NCBI GenBank assembly: GCA_009859145.1
Contig: VRVR01000065.1
Location: 26,915-90,914, forward strand
Direction of reading: 5' to 3'
Length of the DNA stretch: 64,000 bases
Source: Andalucia godoyi And28
Lineage: Eukaryota; Protista; Jakobida
In this document: in pieces, positions 1 through 10,491 of the stretch
Position numbering within the stretch: position 1 is the stretch's first letter
Layout: each line of letters begins with the position of its first letter
The notes under the pieces: model-generated
Seen by the model: only the letters and a program-made list of their open reading frames with translations
Told to the model about the DNA's origin: nothing
Database searches by the model: none
Translations under genes and position numbers: made by a program

Positions 1-2241
1 GGGGCGACAAGCCAGTGCAATGCTGCACTTGGTTGTGCATCTGTTGTGTGGTCGCCCGAGAAAGGATTTGCTATCCTTCCTTCCGATGTTTATGGTTTCC
101 GAAATGGTGTTTCTGTTAGCACTACGGACATTCGTTGCTTTCCTGACTTCCATAATGTGTCTGCTGGAATCCGAATGTGTCTCGGAAGCCATTTATCGGA
201 CGGAAGTATGCGTGATACACCTTCTTTCACGTCGTTGGCCAACTGCGACCGCGGTGAGATCTTATTTTTTGAACGATCTTCTTTTGCCTATATCGCCAAG
301 TTCGTAGGACGAGTTCAATCTGGTCGTTTGGCGTCTGATGAAGACTCCTGTGAACTGTGGATGCAGCACAACGTCACAATAGAAGGTCGTTTTGTGAACG
401 AGGTTCCATCAGGTATCATGAAATTGAAAAAATGCGGAACTGTGGAATGTACGGCTTACCGCAATGGTTCTGTTGTGGAAGAGATTATGCCCTTGAGCGA
501 GCGATATGCTGCATTCATCCAGCAATTGCGGAAAGCATTCTCTACCGACGAGATCTTCCGAAACGAGAATGAGAATTGCCTTTTCGTGGTTCTTCATGAC
601 GGTCTACCAGTGTGTTTATTTTGTGTTCGATGCCACATTGGAAGCGGTGCGGAGGCAATTGTGTATCGAGGTCTAACTGCGCATCATGGTCCCGTTGCAG
701 TGAAGATTTTCCGTCGATTACTCGATGAGCAAACACCGGAGGCCAGAACTCAGAAGTTTTTTACGGATCAGCTGGATTATATGGGAGAGGAGGAGTTGTT
801 TGGCCGTATCCCTCGTCAGTCGACAGGCCGATTTCCTAGTTTGGTTCGAGTACTATACATCGGAGCCGTCGATTTCGGGACGAGTATTCGGAATATTACT
901 CGACGGGAAAACGCTCTTGTAATGTCATACTATCCGGAAGGCGATGTGTTTGGAAAGACTTCACAGATCCAAAAGTCTCTCTCTTCAATAGCACTGTTCC
1001 AACAGTTGAAGCTTCTTACGAGCACGGTCGCTGCTCTTCATGAGGCAAAGCTTATTCATCGAGATATCAAGCCCAAAAACATTTTGTTGGACAATGGTGA
1101 ATCGAACGGTTCTTGCTCTTTTCGACTCACAGATTTTGGGATCTCGTCCGTCCACTTGGAGGCACAAACGTATGTAGATCCCTCTGCGAACGCAAATCAT
1201 TATCTTGGATCTCCATGGTGGCGACCCCCTGAGTTCGTTCTCCTCCCTGCATTGCGAACCTATCGTTCAGATGTATTCAGCCTTGGGTGGACTTTGTTGT
1301 ATCTCGCGCAAGTCCAACAAGAGTGTATGACCAGCAAGTATTTGCAGCATGCCTGTCAAATCTCCCCAGATTCAAGTTCGGATTTATTCTCTTCTGATGA
1401 CGAGAACCATTACTTTGAATACATTGAAATGGTAAGCAGAGACATGCAGTCGTTGCGAGAAGGTCGTATTGAGATACATCTGCGGACAGATGTCCATTCG
1501 ACGGCGACGTCTCGCATCCTGTTTTCACACCTTGTGTCTCGAATGGTAGCGTATGACTATTCTGAACGTTTGAAAATGGAGAACGTTATCGCGCATCCCT
1601 TGTTTTGGAACACAAAGCAGTGTGTGCAGTTTATTGTTGATCTTGCTCAGCCGTTGGCAGATTTGTTCCGAGAAGTTCAAGGCACTAACGTCTTGCACTA
1701 CCAAAATTTCGAACACGAACGCCATTCCTTTGCGCTTAGGCACTTTTTGTGGCAAACTGTGTCTCCATCTGCCTTACTTCCTTTTTCATCGTCAAGTCTG
1801 CGATCGCCCTCAGATTTTGTGCTGTTCGAGTCAACTCTAAATCCAGTCTCGTTTGAACAGGCGTTGCTGGATTATTGTGTCCATCCAAAGAATAATTATT
1901 CCGTGTACAAGCGCCTATGCTGTCAAGGTCGGATGTGCATATTCTTCGTTATGCGTTTTATCCGGAACTTAGCATGCCATACACCATTGTTGTTACGAGT
2001 ATTCCGTGAAGAAGTGTGTCGCCGGTATGAGAACCACACGCTTGTGTGTCTCCTGCTTGGTCAATGTGGAAAGAACGGTGATCTTTTTGGTCGTATTATT
2101 GAGGTTGCCAGCGAATTGTCGCTCATCTTATTGGACAATGAGAGTCAGTTGTCAATAACGGATCGCCAGATCTTGTTTTCTCTTCGAAGACACGGATTTC
2201 TTCCAAAATCTGAGCCTGAGGGATTACTCGGCCTTGGATAA
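1..2241 (+). CDS. Ser/Thr protein kinase with C-terminal KEN ribonuclease domain (IRE1/RNase L-like), 5'-partial
   Basis: Frame is open from base 1. Kinase motifs GSGAEAIVY, VAVK, HRDIKPKN, DFG and WWRPPE are present. They are followed by HPLFW and MRFIRNLACH, resembling the HPFFW and FIRNLxxH/RNKxHH signatures of KEN domains. Confidence 0.8.
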   Translation, partial: GATSQCNAALGCASVVWSPEKGFAILPSDVYGFRNGVSVSTTDIRCFPDFHNVSAGIRMCLGSHLSDGSMRDTPSFTSLANCDRGEILFFERSSFAYIAKFVGRVQSGRLASDEDSCELWMQHNVTIEGRFVNEVPSGIMKLKKCGTVECTAYRNGSVVEEIMPLSERYAAFIQQLRKAFSTDEIFRNENENCLFVVLHDGLPVCLFCVRCHIGSGAEAIVYRGLTAHHGPVAVKIFRRLLDEQTPEARTQKFFTDQLDYMGEEELFGRIPRQSTGRFPSLVRVLYIGAVDFGTSIRNITRRENALVMSYYPEGDVFGKTSQIQKSLSSIALFQQLKLLTSTVAALHEAKLIHRDIKPKNILLDNGESNGSCSFRLTDFGISSVHLEAQTYVDPSANANHYLGSPWWRPPEFVLLPALRTYRSDVFSLGWTLLYLAQVQQECMTSKYLQHACQISPDSSSDLFSSDDENHYFEYIEMVSRDMQSLREGRIEIHLRTDVHSTATSRILFSHLVSRMVAYDYSERLKMENVIAHPLFWNTKQCVQFIVDLAQPLADLFREVQGTNVLHYQNFEHERHSFALRHFLWQTVSPSALLPFSSSSLRSPSDFVLFESTLNPVSFEQALLDYCVHPKNNYSVYKRLCCQGRMCIFFVMRFIRNLACHTPLLLRVFREEVCRRYENHTLVCLLLGQCGKNGDLFGRIIEVASELSLILLDNESQLSITDRQILFSLRRHGFLPKSEPEGLLGLG

Positions 2242-2738
2242 TACGCGCCTTGCTCAGCATTCTTTGGCTCTCCTTCTTCTTTATCCTTTACCCATTAAAA
2301 CCATTTCTCTTCATGTTTGAAGTTCAAAATGCGACATCACTGCATACAAATAACAATTTAAAGCCTGTAGACCGATTACAACTGTGGTACACACAAAAGC
2401 CTCTTATGATGCTATTTGAAAACTGGAATGGTGCATGAAATGCGTTCCATCTGAGTTTTTCTCTTGGAGAAGCAATATGTGTGTCAGCTTCGACTTCGTA
2501 ACACCCATTTATCCTGCTTTCTTGCCATGTGTAGCTGCAAACTCTTTGTTTTTGGTTTATTTCAGTCGTCTCCCCACGCCCCTCAAATTCTTGGTCGTAT
2601 TGGAAAGGAAAGGAAACAACTTTACGTTAAATCGTAGAGAATAAAACAAAGTGCATAGCACAAGTGTTTAAGACCTCAATGAAAACGAACGGTGTACGTC
2701 TTTCCGGATGACATGGCCATGACCAAGCCTGTCATGCA

Positions 2739-3515
2739 TTACATCTTCAGAGGAATTCCTGCAGAATACGGCACTTCCTCCACAGAGTACAGTGTCATCG
2801 CACACTCGGGAATCTCGTCGACAGCATTGTTGATGCAGTGCCGAGCAGTTTCCAAGTGTGCACCGTCACGGAGACGGATTGCAACGTTGATGACAACGGA
2901 GTGCGATGGAGTAGCCTTCTTGCCATTGTTACGCGGCTTTGTGGTGGCTTTCTGGCCGCCATCCTTGCCACCGTTCCTTGCAGTATCCGGAATAGACGCA
3001 GGAAGATTGATGGGTAGTGCAGCATTGTTGGACTTGGCATCAATCTCGACAACTTCATCATCCTGGAACGACACAGGGACATCGCAGTCACGATTGGTCG
3101 GTGTAGTTTCCTCGAGACCATTCTGCAATATGAGACCCGCTGGCAATTCGATGTCAGATTCGTTGTTCGACTCCGAAACCGATGATTCGTCGTCTTCGCG
3201 CTGCACTGGATTGAGCTCATGCTTCTCCATCGTCGGAGGCGTACGTTCCTTGGGGGTGTCAATACGGACTTTTGGAGAGCCGTCGCCAGACCTCACTTTC
3301 TTGGATCTCTTGGTACGCACCTTGCCAGTCATTTCGTCGACACTACGCTTGATTGGAGTGTACTTCGGAGCCTGCTTGGGCCCTTCAAAAGACTTTCCCG
3401 TCTCGACCGCAATCGGTTTCAACAAAGGCATAGACAGAGTGCTGGCACAGAGTTCCTGGGAGATTGCCAGCTTCGGCTTCGCAGGAGATTTCAAGGAAAT
3501 GGTCGGTTGAGACAT
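2739..3515 (-). CDS. Low-complexity acidic/basic protein, paralog 1 of a local tandem family
   Basis: 258-aa ATG ORF with KR-x(11)-KRSKK motif, acidic tract and C-terminal H-x(14)-IPEC segment shared with neighbours. Confidence 0.65.
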   Translation of the reverse strand: MSQPTISLKSPAKPKLAISQELCASTLSMPLLKPIAVETGKSFEGPKQAPKYTPIKRSVDEMTGKVRTKRSKKVRSGDGSPKVRIDTPKERTPPTMEKHELNPVQREDDESSVSESNNESDIELPAGLILQNGLEETTPTNRDCDVPVSFQDDEVVEIDAKSNNAALPINLPASIPDTARNGGKDGGQKATTKPRNNGKKATPSHSVVINVAIRLRDGAHLETARHCINNAVDEIPECAMTLYSVEEVPYSAGIPLKM

Positions 3516-3573
3516 CGGGGGTTTCGTAGTTAGTTTTCACAAAGAAACAAGAGAGGGAACAAAGTTGGAAGAC

Positions 3574-4116
3574 TCAATAAGAATGGAAAAAGGAAACAAG
3601 AAGAGAAAACAAGTGACGGAGCAGCTTTATGATCTTTTTTCGAGTCTCTTCAAAATTCTCTGCAGTCGTCGAAGTCTTCGAAGTCACGCGGATGCGAGCA
3701 GATTGCCAATTCCGGATCTGCACCACCGAAGCAACAAATCCGGATCGGGCCAAGGTCGCCGTGATGCAGGCAGACAGAGCAAAGAACAATCTGTCAATTT
3801 GGACCTGAAAATAAAGAAGGTCTTTCGATCTGGAAGATGGAAATCGCGGTATTAGAATACTTTGATTACCTAAACGTGAACAACGAGCATCAGACACCCA
3901 AAAAGATGCACAGTCCATGCGAAATATGAAAACATCCATGGATGTCCACTGACAGCGGCCCGAGCACGACGAGGAAGATTCCAGAGACTTTGCAATTGCC
4001 TTGTGTTGCACATCTTTCTCACATGTCGTAAACTTGTGGTCCATAATAAGGCAGCTTGCGAGTTCACGAATGCGGTGCTTATCAAAAGGGGCGGACTTCA
4101 GAATATGCTCGATCAT
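3574..4116 (-). CDS. Hypothetical protein
   Basis: 180-aa ATG ORF co-oriented with the flanking paralogs; no recognisable motif. Confidence 0.3.
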   Translation of the reverse strand: MIEHILKSAPFDKHRIRELASCLIMDHKFTTCEKDVQHKAIAKSLESSSSCSGRCQWTSMDVFIFRMDCASFWVSDARCSRLGNQSILIPRFPSSRSKDLLYFQVQIDRLFFALSACITATLARSGFVASVVQIRNWQSARIRVTSKTSTTAENFEETRKKIIKLLRHLFSLLVSFFHSY

Positions 4117-4668
4117 GCTAAGAACAACGTCTCATTGCACTCGTTGCGTATAAGCGCTTGGTTGGTGAACTGAAGACAACCAACAGCGGATCCTGGACCT
4201 CGAAATGGATGGTAAAGCTTCATTCTTGCGCGAATTGGAGCAAGAATCAACCGAGCATCCTTCTCAGTGAGGCAGATTGTGTATTTGCAACGAAAGGGAC
4301 ACGTAAAAACCGAGAGCTTTTGTGGGATAAAGGACCACAGTAATCATGTTCTTGACTCCTTTCCGAGAGTATCTTTCACAGTACTGCGCAATATGTCGCA
4401 TTCTAATCTCGTTTCACAAAACGAAAGGGAGTGGATGCAGAATTTCGTCTCTGTTTGTGAGTCTTGGCGCCTCAAGTTTTGCCCTCTTCTGCATTTAAAT
4501 TGAGATAATTTTCTGCTTGTTTTCTTTCTGATACGCCACAAACGAAATATAAAACACAGACAAAATCGGAGTTTTACTGAAAATAAACGTTGCAGAAGAA
4601 CAGGAACAGTTTGCGTTTGCAAACACTCGACCATTTCGTGTGGTTACTGTCTTTGACGAAGTCGCCGA

Positions 4669-5415
4669 TCACTTGTTAATCTTTTCTTGAGCATTGCAGC
4701 GGAAAATGCGCTGCTTCATGCGATGCAGAGAAGATGCTGCGGCCATGACAATCCTTACCAAATGCTGAAACTTGGAAACGGAAATCTTGACACAATTCGG
4801 CTGTGACCCCCTCACCGTCTCTCCAGCGATAGCAGGAGGATGATTATTTTCAGAATCGGCTGGCGCGATGTCGTTGAGATCAACGTCATCCTCCTCGTCA
4901 TCATAATCATCCTCGTCGTCGTCATCGTCGTCTTCTTTTTCGTTGTCGTTGTCACTGACCACACACCTGATTTCATCCTCTGCGGCTTCGTTTTCCGTCT
5001 CCGTTCCCTTTTCTTCATCTTTCTTATCATCAATGTCTTCCTTGTTCTGCTTCAGAGAGTACGGAATGAATGCTGTGCATCCAGTATTCGAAGATTCGAG
5101 GATGTTTGCAGTATTACTCTCTTTGTTTTCTGCGAATAAAACAGAGTCTTTGACATCCGCGGTGCCCCGTGCGTCATTCTCTACTTCGCAGCTGTGCTTC
5201 GCCTTCTTCGATGAGGGTTCCACAAATCCCGAACTTTCGGTTTCGGAAGCAATTCGTTTGGCCTTAACATGCGAATGAGTCGAAATCGAAGCTGCAGTGG
5301 AGTTTCCAAAGCCTCTCTGCGCCTTTACAGAAGAAGACGAAGAAGAAGTGCGCTCCGCGTGGGCGATGGACTGCTGCTTCGTTTTAAAAGGCTTTCGAAA
5401 TGTTTTGGGATTCAT
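4669..5415 (-). CDS. Low-complexity acidic protein, paralog 2
   Basis: 248-aa ORF with AKRIASE...SKKAK, a D/E tract and C-terminal CVKISVSKFQHLVRIVMAAASSLHRMKQRIFRC. Confidence 0.7.
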   Translation of the reverse strand: MNPKTFRKPFKTKQQSIAHAERTSSSSSSVKAQRGFGNSTAASISTHSHVKAKRIASETESSGFVEPSSKKAKHSCEVENDARGTADVKDSVLFAENKESNTANILESSNTGCTAFIPYSLKQNKEDIDDKKDEEKGTETENEAAEDEIRCVVSDNDNEKEDDDDDDEDDYDDEEDDVDLNDIAPADSENNHPPAIAGETVRGSQPNCVKISVSKFQHLVRIVMAAASSLHRMKQRIFRCNAQEKINK

Positions 5416-6223
5416 GAGTCCAGGGTTGATGTTTGGTCAGAGAAGTAAATAAAAGGATGAAGAAGACGAAAATTCAAGTAAGAAGTGGATATGAAAGTAT
5501 GAAGATTTCAACAGGAAAAGAATTCAAGGAGAGAGCCTACATCGATTGGGCAACTGTGACATGAAAGTTCAGCGTTTCCGAAATCCCACAAGTCCGCGAA
5601 GTCGCTGTGATGTGAGCAGATCTCTGTTGCTCGTCCCAATATAGAAGTACCGGTATGAGTAAAACAAAGATGTGGACTAGGCGACTAGCTAATCGCGCAG
5701 ACTGTAGTTAGCTAGCCTCACCCAGCCGCTGTTCGAAACCTTAGAAAATCAACTTCCGTGCTTTCATCTCTTTCTTTAACTGGTGTGATAACCTGCCCAT
5801 GGCTCAGTGCGTTTCCAGATTATTCTGAACTCGAGATGTGAGTAACAGCAAAGTTTCCAAATCATTTAATGAACCGAAGAGTTAATTTCCCTGCGGAATG
5901 TGAATTGATAGCGTCCCTATCACTGTTTTGATTTATTCGTACGATGAACGTATTTTCGAGTGCTCTGCAAACCATTTCATAACATCCCTCTCTTACAAAG
6001 GTAGAATAGACTCTGAGATTTCCATGTTTTTGACGTGGTTGCTTGACACGGAGCCATTATGTTTGGAAGAAGAAGAGTCTGCGATTTCGGAAATCAAACA
6101 GAGCACAGAGAGATACTGCAGCTCACAGGCTGAGTGTTTATTTCAATAGAATCGCATAAGAACAAGAGTCGTCAGCATCTCGACCATTCAGATGTATGAC
6201 TCGACTTTCATGGAATCCATCAT

Positions 6224-6808
6224 TTAGAGAGCATGATTCTCTGTCGGAATGCAGCGAAAAGTGCACTCCCCGATGCGGTGGAATGATAGCGCTGCATATT
6301 CGATAATCATCGCCATATGTTCGAACTTCGGGACATGAAACTCAACACAGAATGGAGGCAGCTGGTTTGCCTTCTTATCTGACCAAACATTCTGATTGGA
6401 CATTGTTTTGGTGCTATCGGAACCAGCAGACTCAGTAATGTCATCATTCTCGTTGTCGTCATTCTCATCTTCATCGTCCTCGTCGCCATCATCGTCGGAT
6501 ATGCCCTCACTGCCTTCCTCAGAATCCTCTTCGTCCGTTTCGGCGATGTCCTCGTATTCTTCATCGACTACATATTCCTCAAGAAAACCTTTCACAAGCG
6601 GAGAGAGCTGAGTCTTCGCCTTCTTCGACGTACGTTCCGCAAGTTCCGTAAGGTTCGTCTCAGCAGTAGCACGTTTTGCAGAAGAATATGGAACCTCGGA
6701 TACGTTTCCGGCATCCTCTGCCATGGTAGAGAAAGGCGATTCCGAAATCGGCTGAAACTTCGACGCAGGGAATGTGGAAGGGATTTGAGAATTCATGAGA
6801 CTTCGCAT
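6224..6808 (-). CDS. Low-complexity acidic protein, paralog 3
   Basis: 194-aa ORF with AKRATAE...SKKAK, a D/E tract and C-terminal CVEFHVPKFEHMAMIIEYAALSFHRIGECTFRC. Confidence 0.7.
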   Translation of the reverse strand: MRSLMNSQIPSTFPASKFQPISESPFSTMAEDAGNVSEVPYSSAKRATAETNLTELAERTSKKAKTQLSPLVKGFLEEYVVDEEYEDIAETDEEDSEEGSEGISDDDGDEDDEDENDDNENDDITESAGSDSTKTMSNQNVWSDKKANQLPPFCVEFHVPKFEHMAMIIEYAALSFHRIGECTFRCIPTENHAL

Positions 6809-7098
6809 TATTAGTTGGTCAAAGGAGCAGACAAAGGAACAAATGATGTTGAATTCTCAGTGATAAACGAAAAAAAGAATCAACGGATGATAATCATAAA
6901 AAGTGAAACGAGCGCAATATTCATACTCTCCTGAGAACAGAAACGTCGCAGTCACGCAAGTCACCGCATTGCGAGCAGAAACAGTCCAAATGCGGAGGGC
7001 GTTCCGCTGAATCCACCTCGCAAAAGGTGAAGTGCGTGAAGTCTGCGAAGTCAAAGATTACGACTGCTTCTACCATTTTTCTCCATAAACTTTAGACC

Positions 7099-8196
7099 AT
7101 GTCTGCCTTCTGTGCTTACATTTCACTTTTTTTCGTTATGCATCCCAACTTAAATCGCGTTCAGATGGCTCCAAAGTATTACATCAAGGCGATGCACAAT
7201 AGCGTCACGCTAAAACTCGAACCACAGAAAATTGAAGTATACGATCAAAGAGACAGCCTGATGCTTACCTCGTCAGAATTCGATGCAATGTTGTCTCGTG
7301 TATTGGAAGAGAAGTCGAAGATAGTGTCCATTCCCTCGGCTTCTGAATCCGCTGACAGTGAAGAGGAAACAATATCGTCCGAAGGGCAGAAAACAGATAC
7401 ATCGGAACACCGCGCGCAGCAGCTTTTCGACGCAATTCAGGAACAAGGAAGAATGAAGTCGAATTCTACAAAAGCGGAATGCGTCTCTCAAGAAGATCTG
7501 GCCCAAATGGTAGAAAATGGGGAAAACATACATGTGATATCTTCGAAGTTCATAGCGATCGTCACTCGTTCCGAATACGCGTCAGCACTCACCTACGCGA
7601 TATTCGCGGTCGGCGTAAGGAATATTTTGGTTCAAGAAGAGAGAGGCGAAGATGACGAACAGGAAGAAGATGAGTGTATGCAGGGACATGCTGATGGGAA
7701 ACGTCCGAAAAGGGGTTTCATGCAAAGGCTTGCAACACGCATGGCTGAATACGCCGCACATTCAAAGAAGGAAACAGCGAAGGAATGGAGGCAAAGAATC
7801 CAACCGCGCCGACTGAACAGCTACCTATGGCTGGGAAAGTTATACATGGAATTTGAGGATTTTCGCTGCCTTCGCTGCCTACCTGGTTCCCGCATATCCG
7901 ACTACGTGCAGGTTGGAGTGCTGCAAAAATTGTATGCAAAACTTCAAAACTGCAGTGCTGCAGAGGTTAATAAGCAAACCATGCTGCTCGATTCCGACAA
8001 AGTTTCAGAAACGTCTTCAGATGAAGCACAGGACTGCCTGCCGAAGGAACGCAATCCTGGAAACAATAGATGGCCTCTAGTAGACAGAGCCATAACAGGA
8101 CGTCCTTTTAAGAAAAGACGACGGAACAAGATCAAGCATATGAAGGTGAAACAATACCTGAAACATTTCGCAACCGCCAAGCCAAAAACCGACTAG
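7099..8196 (+). CDS. Hypothetical protein with acidic patches and basic C-terminus
   Basis: 365-aa ATG ORF with a KKRRRNK NLS-like tail; no family recognised. Confidence 0.6.
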   Translation: MSAFCAYISLFFVMHPNLNRVQMAPKYYIKAMHNSVTLKLEPQKIEVYDQRDSLMLTSSEFDAMLSRVLEEKSKIVSIPSASESADSEEETISSEGQKTDTSEHRAQQLFDAIQEQGRMKSNSTKAECVSQEDLAQMVENGENIHVISSKFIAIVTRSEYASALTYAIFAVGVRNILVQEERGEDDEQEEDECMQGHADGKRPKRGFMQRLATRMAEYAAHSKKETAKEWRQRIQPRRLNSYLWLGKLYMEFEDFRCLRCLPGSRISDYVQVGVLQKLYAKLQNCSAAEVNKQTMLLDSDKVSETSSDEAQDCLPKERNPGNNRWPLVDRAITGRPFKKRRRNKIKHMKVKQYLKHFATAKPKTD

Positions 8197-8365
8197 TCAA
8201 TAAAACACCGCTTCAGCAAAATGGCGCAAAACAACTCAAGTGACGGATGATTCCACTTGAGTGCGTAACAGCGATGCTCACATTTCTCCCAAAACCGCGC
8301 GTCCGCGTTCTGAAGACCCCAGACAAATGGAGCCCGGATGAATGAGTTGTCTTTGAAGCACGGCC

Positions 8366-10225
8366 ATGTACTTGGAGGAGTGGGACAGAAACATTCTTGA
8401 GACCTTGAAAGATGAACACTCTGGATGGAAATGTAAGAGCTCGCTCGTAGAAATTGTTGCCATCACAGCAGTGTCGATGCCAGAAGTCCCGCATGCTGTG
8501 ACTCTTGGTAGATTGGAAGAGCTGCGCACGTTTTATACCCCTTTGGAAGAAGATGACTGGTTTGTTCTGCTTGTAGACGAAATCAAGCATCGACTCATGG
8601 CTAAAGAGTCTCTTGGAGATGACTTTTTCTTGTCGTTGCGCTGTGCTCGTCGAATTTCTCATGTTTGGAAGCAAGAAATCGATGTTTCTAGGTTGCGAGG
8701 ACCTCAAAGCGAAGCCGTCTTTGCTGTGCATCAGCATTTTCAAACAGATGGTTTCCAAGCAAAGAGTATGCAGAGGTTATTCATTTTGCGCTACGTAATG
8801 CAATGCCTGGTTTGTCGCGGTACGCTGAACGGCTCCTCTCTTACATCGTTGAATCACAAGATCGAAAGTTTCGCACGCAGTAATACTCCTGCACTTGTGC
8901 AGCTTCCTGTGGGAATGGGGAAAACGGGAATCGCGATGACACTTCCGTTCGGAATGTCCACGGGCCGTGTACTCTTTTTGGCTCCTAACACTGAAATTGC
9001 AAAGGAAGCTGTCAGAAATGCATGCGTTCAGTCCAGTAAGTGTTTTATTAAAAATCGCGGTATCCTCTGCGACGGAAGTACATTTCCGCGCGTGGGATTG
9101 ATTGTTGGACGGTCGCTTGGCGTGGATGGAAGGGCGGAATGGGAATCTCTTGGAGTTGTTGTTGCAGATGAGCATTCGTTGTCTACATTGAACGACTGTG
9201 CGTTTGTTGTGACAACTCGCTTTTTGATGCATGCAGATGGTGCAATTATGAGGCGGCTGCCCTCCAACTTCTTCGATTTGGTCATCGTAGATGAAGCCCA
9301 TCACAGTGCATGCAAAACGTACCGTCGCATTCGGTCCAAATTTCCAGGTGCTCGGTATGTCTATGCAACAGCAACACCAAATAGAGCAGACGGCCGGAAG
9401 ATGGACGCACGATGTGTGTACTTTTGCCCGCGATCGCGAGCATGGGAAGTGGGTGCATGGAAACGAATCATCGTCGACAGTGTCAACCTGACGCGTCTTG
9501 TGTTTCCTTCTATGGTGCCGGACGGTGACGTTGTCGAATTCTCTTCTTCTAGGAACATTCAAAAAGCAGGCCACATTCGATGGGTTCGAAGAGGTATTGC
9601 AAGGTCATCGGTTGCCGTCCACCAGATTCTTGGTCGAGTACTGAAACTTCTCGAGGAAAAGAATCGGCCGGAATCCACTGTTCATCATCAAGCGATTTTG
9701 CAAGCTGTGGATTTATCTCACGCGATTCTTCTGGAAAAGATGTTCAATGACCACTCTTTGAACACACGAGGCTTTCGAGCCATCGCAATTGGCTCGACCA
9801 ATCCTAGTGAAAGTGATCTCCTACAAACGCACTGTGAGAAACGATTGAAGGCATTCAAGCGAGGTAGATATGACGCAATCGTCCATGTTGGAATACTTGG
9901 AGAAGGGTTTGACCATTGCAATCTGTCGATTTGTGGAATCATCCACCCGTTTTCTACCTCTGCCCCTTTAGAACAGCTTATTGGAAGAGTGATTCGAACG
10001 TTTCCTCCAGATACTCCAGGTTTGGATCCGAGTGTTGACAACGTCGCACATGTTGTGACTCATGCTGCATTTGGATTAGAGGCCATGATCCGAGGATTTG
10101 CGACGGATAGTACTGTTCGCACCCAGTTTCGTGGCCGGAGAAGATGGAATGCAGATGGAACAGAGGTTACTCCGGTCCTCGAAGAAGGATATGGATTGAC
10201 ATCTTTTTCTTTGGAGCTTCAGTAA
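8366..10225 (+). CDS. SF2 DExH helicase, type III restriction Res-subunit (ResIII)-like
   Basis: Walker A LPVGMGKT, Ia VLFLAPN, Walker B VIVDEAHH, III TAT, V ILGEGFD and VI QLIGRVIR. Confidence 0.88.
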   Translation: MYLEEWDRNILETLKDEHSGWKCKSSLVEIVAITAVSMPEVPHAVTLGRLEELRTFYTPLEEDDWFVLLVDEIKHRLMAKESLGDDFFLSLRCARRISHVWKQEIDVSRLRGPQSEAVFAVHQHFQTDGFQAKSMQRLFILRYVMQCLVCRGTLNGSSLTSLNHKIESFARSNTPALVQLPVGMGKTGIAMTLPFGMSTGRVLFLAPNTEIAKEAVRNACVQSSKCFIKNRGILCDGSTFPRVGLIVGRSLGVDGRAEWESLGVVVADEHSLSTLNDCAFVVTTRFLMHADGAIMRRLPSNFFDLVIVDEAHHSACKTYRRIRSKFPGARYVYATATPNRADGRKMDARCVYFCPRSRAWEVGAWKRIIVDSVNLTRLVFPSMVPDGDVVEFSSSRNIQKAGHIRWVRRGIARSSVAVHQILGRVLKLLEEKNRPESTVHHQAILQAVDLSHAILLEKMFNDHSLNTRGFRAIAIGSTNPSESDLLQTHCEKRLKAFKRGRYDAIVHVGILGEGFDHCNLSICGIIHPFSTSAPLEQLIGRVIRTFPPDTPGLDPSVDNVAHVVTHAAFGLEAMIRGFATDSTVRTQFRGRRRWNADGTEVTPVLEEGYGLTSFSLELQ

Positions 10226-10491
10226 AATGGATTTGGTGGTAGTAAGCCTACCAGCCGTAGTGAAAGCACCTGCAGAAAGTTCGCACGAATCACTGCGCCC
10301 CAGATTTCTTCACAAGCTGCTGCCCAATCCGTGCACTGCGGGAAACCAAAACGTTTCGCGCGTCACCGGCCTTTCACTTTTTATTAACTTTTGTTCACTG
10401 TTTTCTTCTGTTTTTCGTTTTTCGTGTTTTTTTTTTTTTAAAGATTCAACCGATCTATTTTCTTTGTCTTAACCCTTTAATCTGACAAAGA

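Noticed and set aside
2692-3510. 272-aa plus-strand ORF
   Set aside because: Antisense shadow of the minus-strand paralog, which has family support.
5720-5745. tRNA gene suggested by GTTCGAAAC
   Set aside because: No T-stem pairing or cloverleaf can be drawn.
8234-8262. 9-bp intergenic hairpin (ACTCAAGTG / CACTTGAGT)
   Set aside because: Single short stem with no supporting box motifs; compatible with chance.
8777-9574. 265-aa minus-strand ORF
   Set aside because: Antisense to the helicase core; no motifs.
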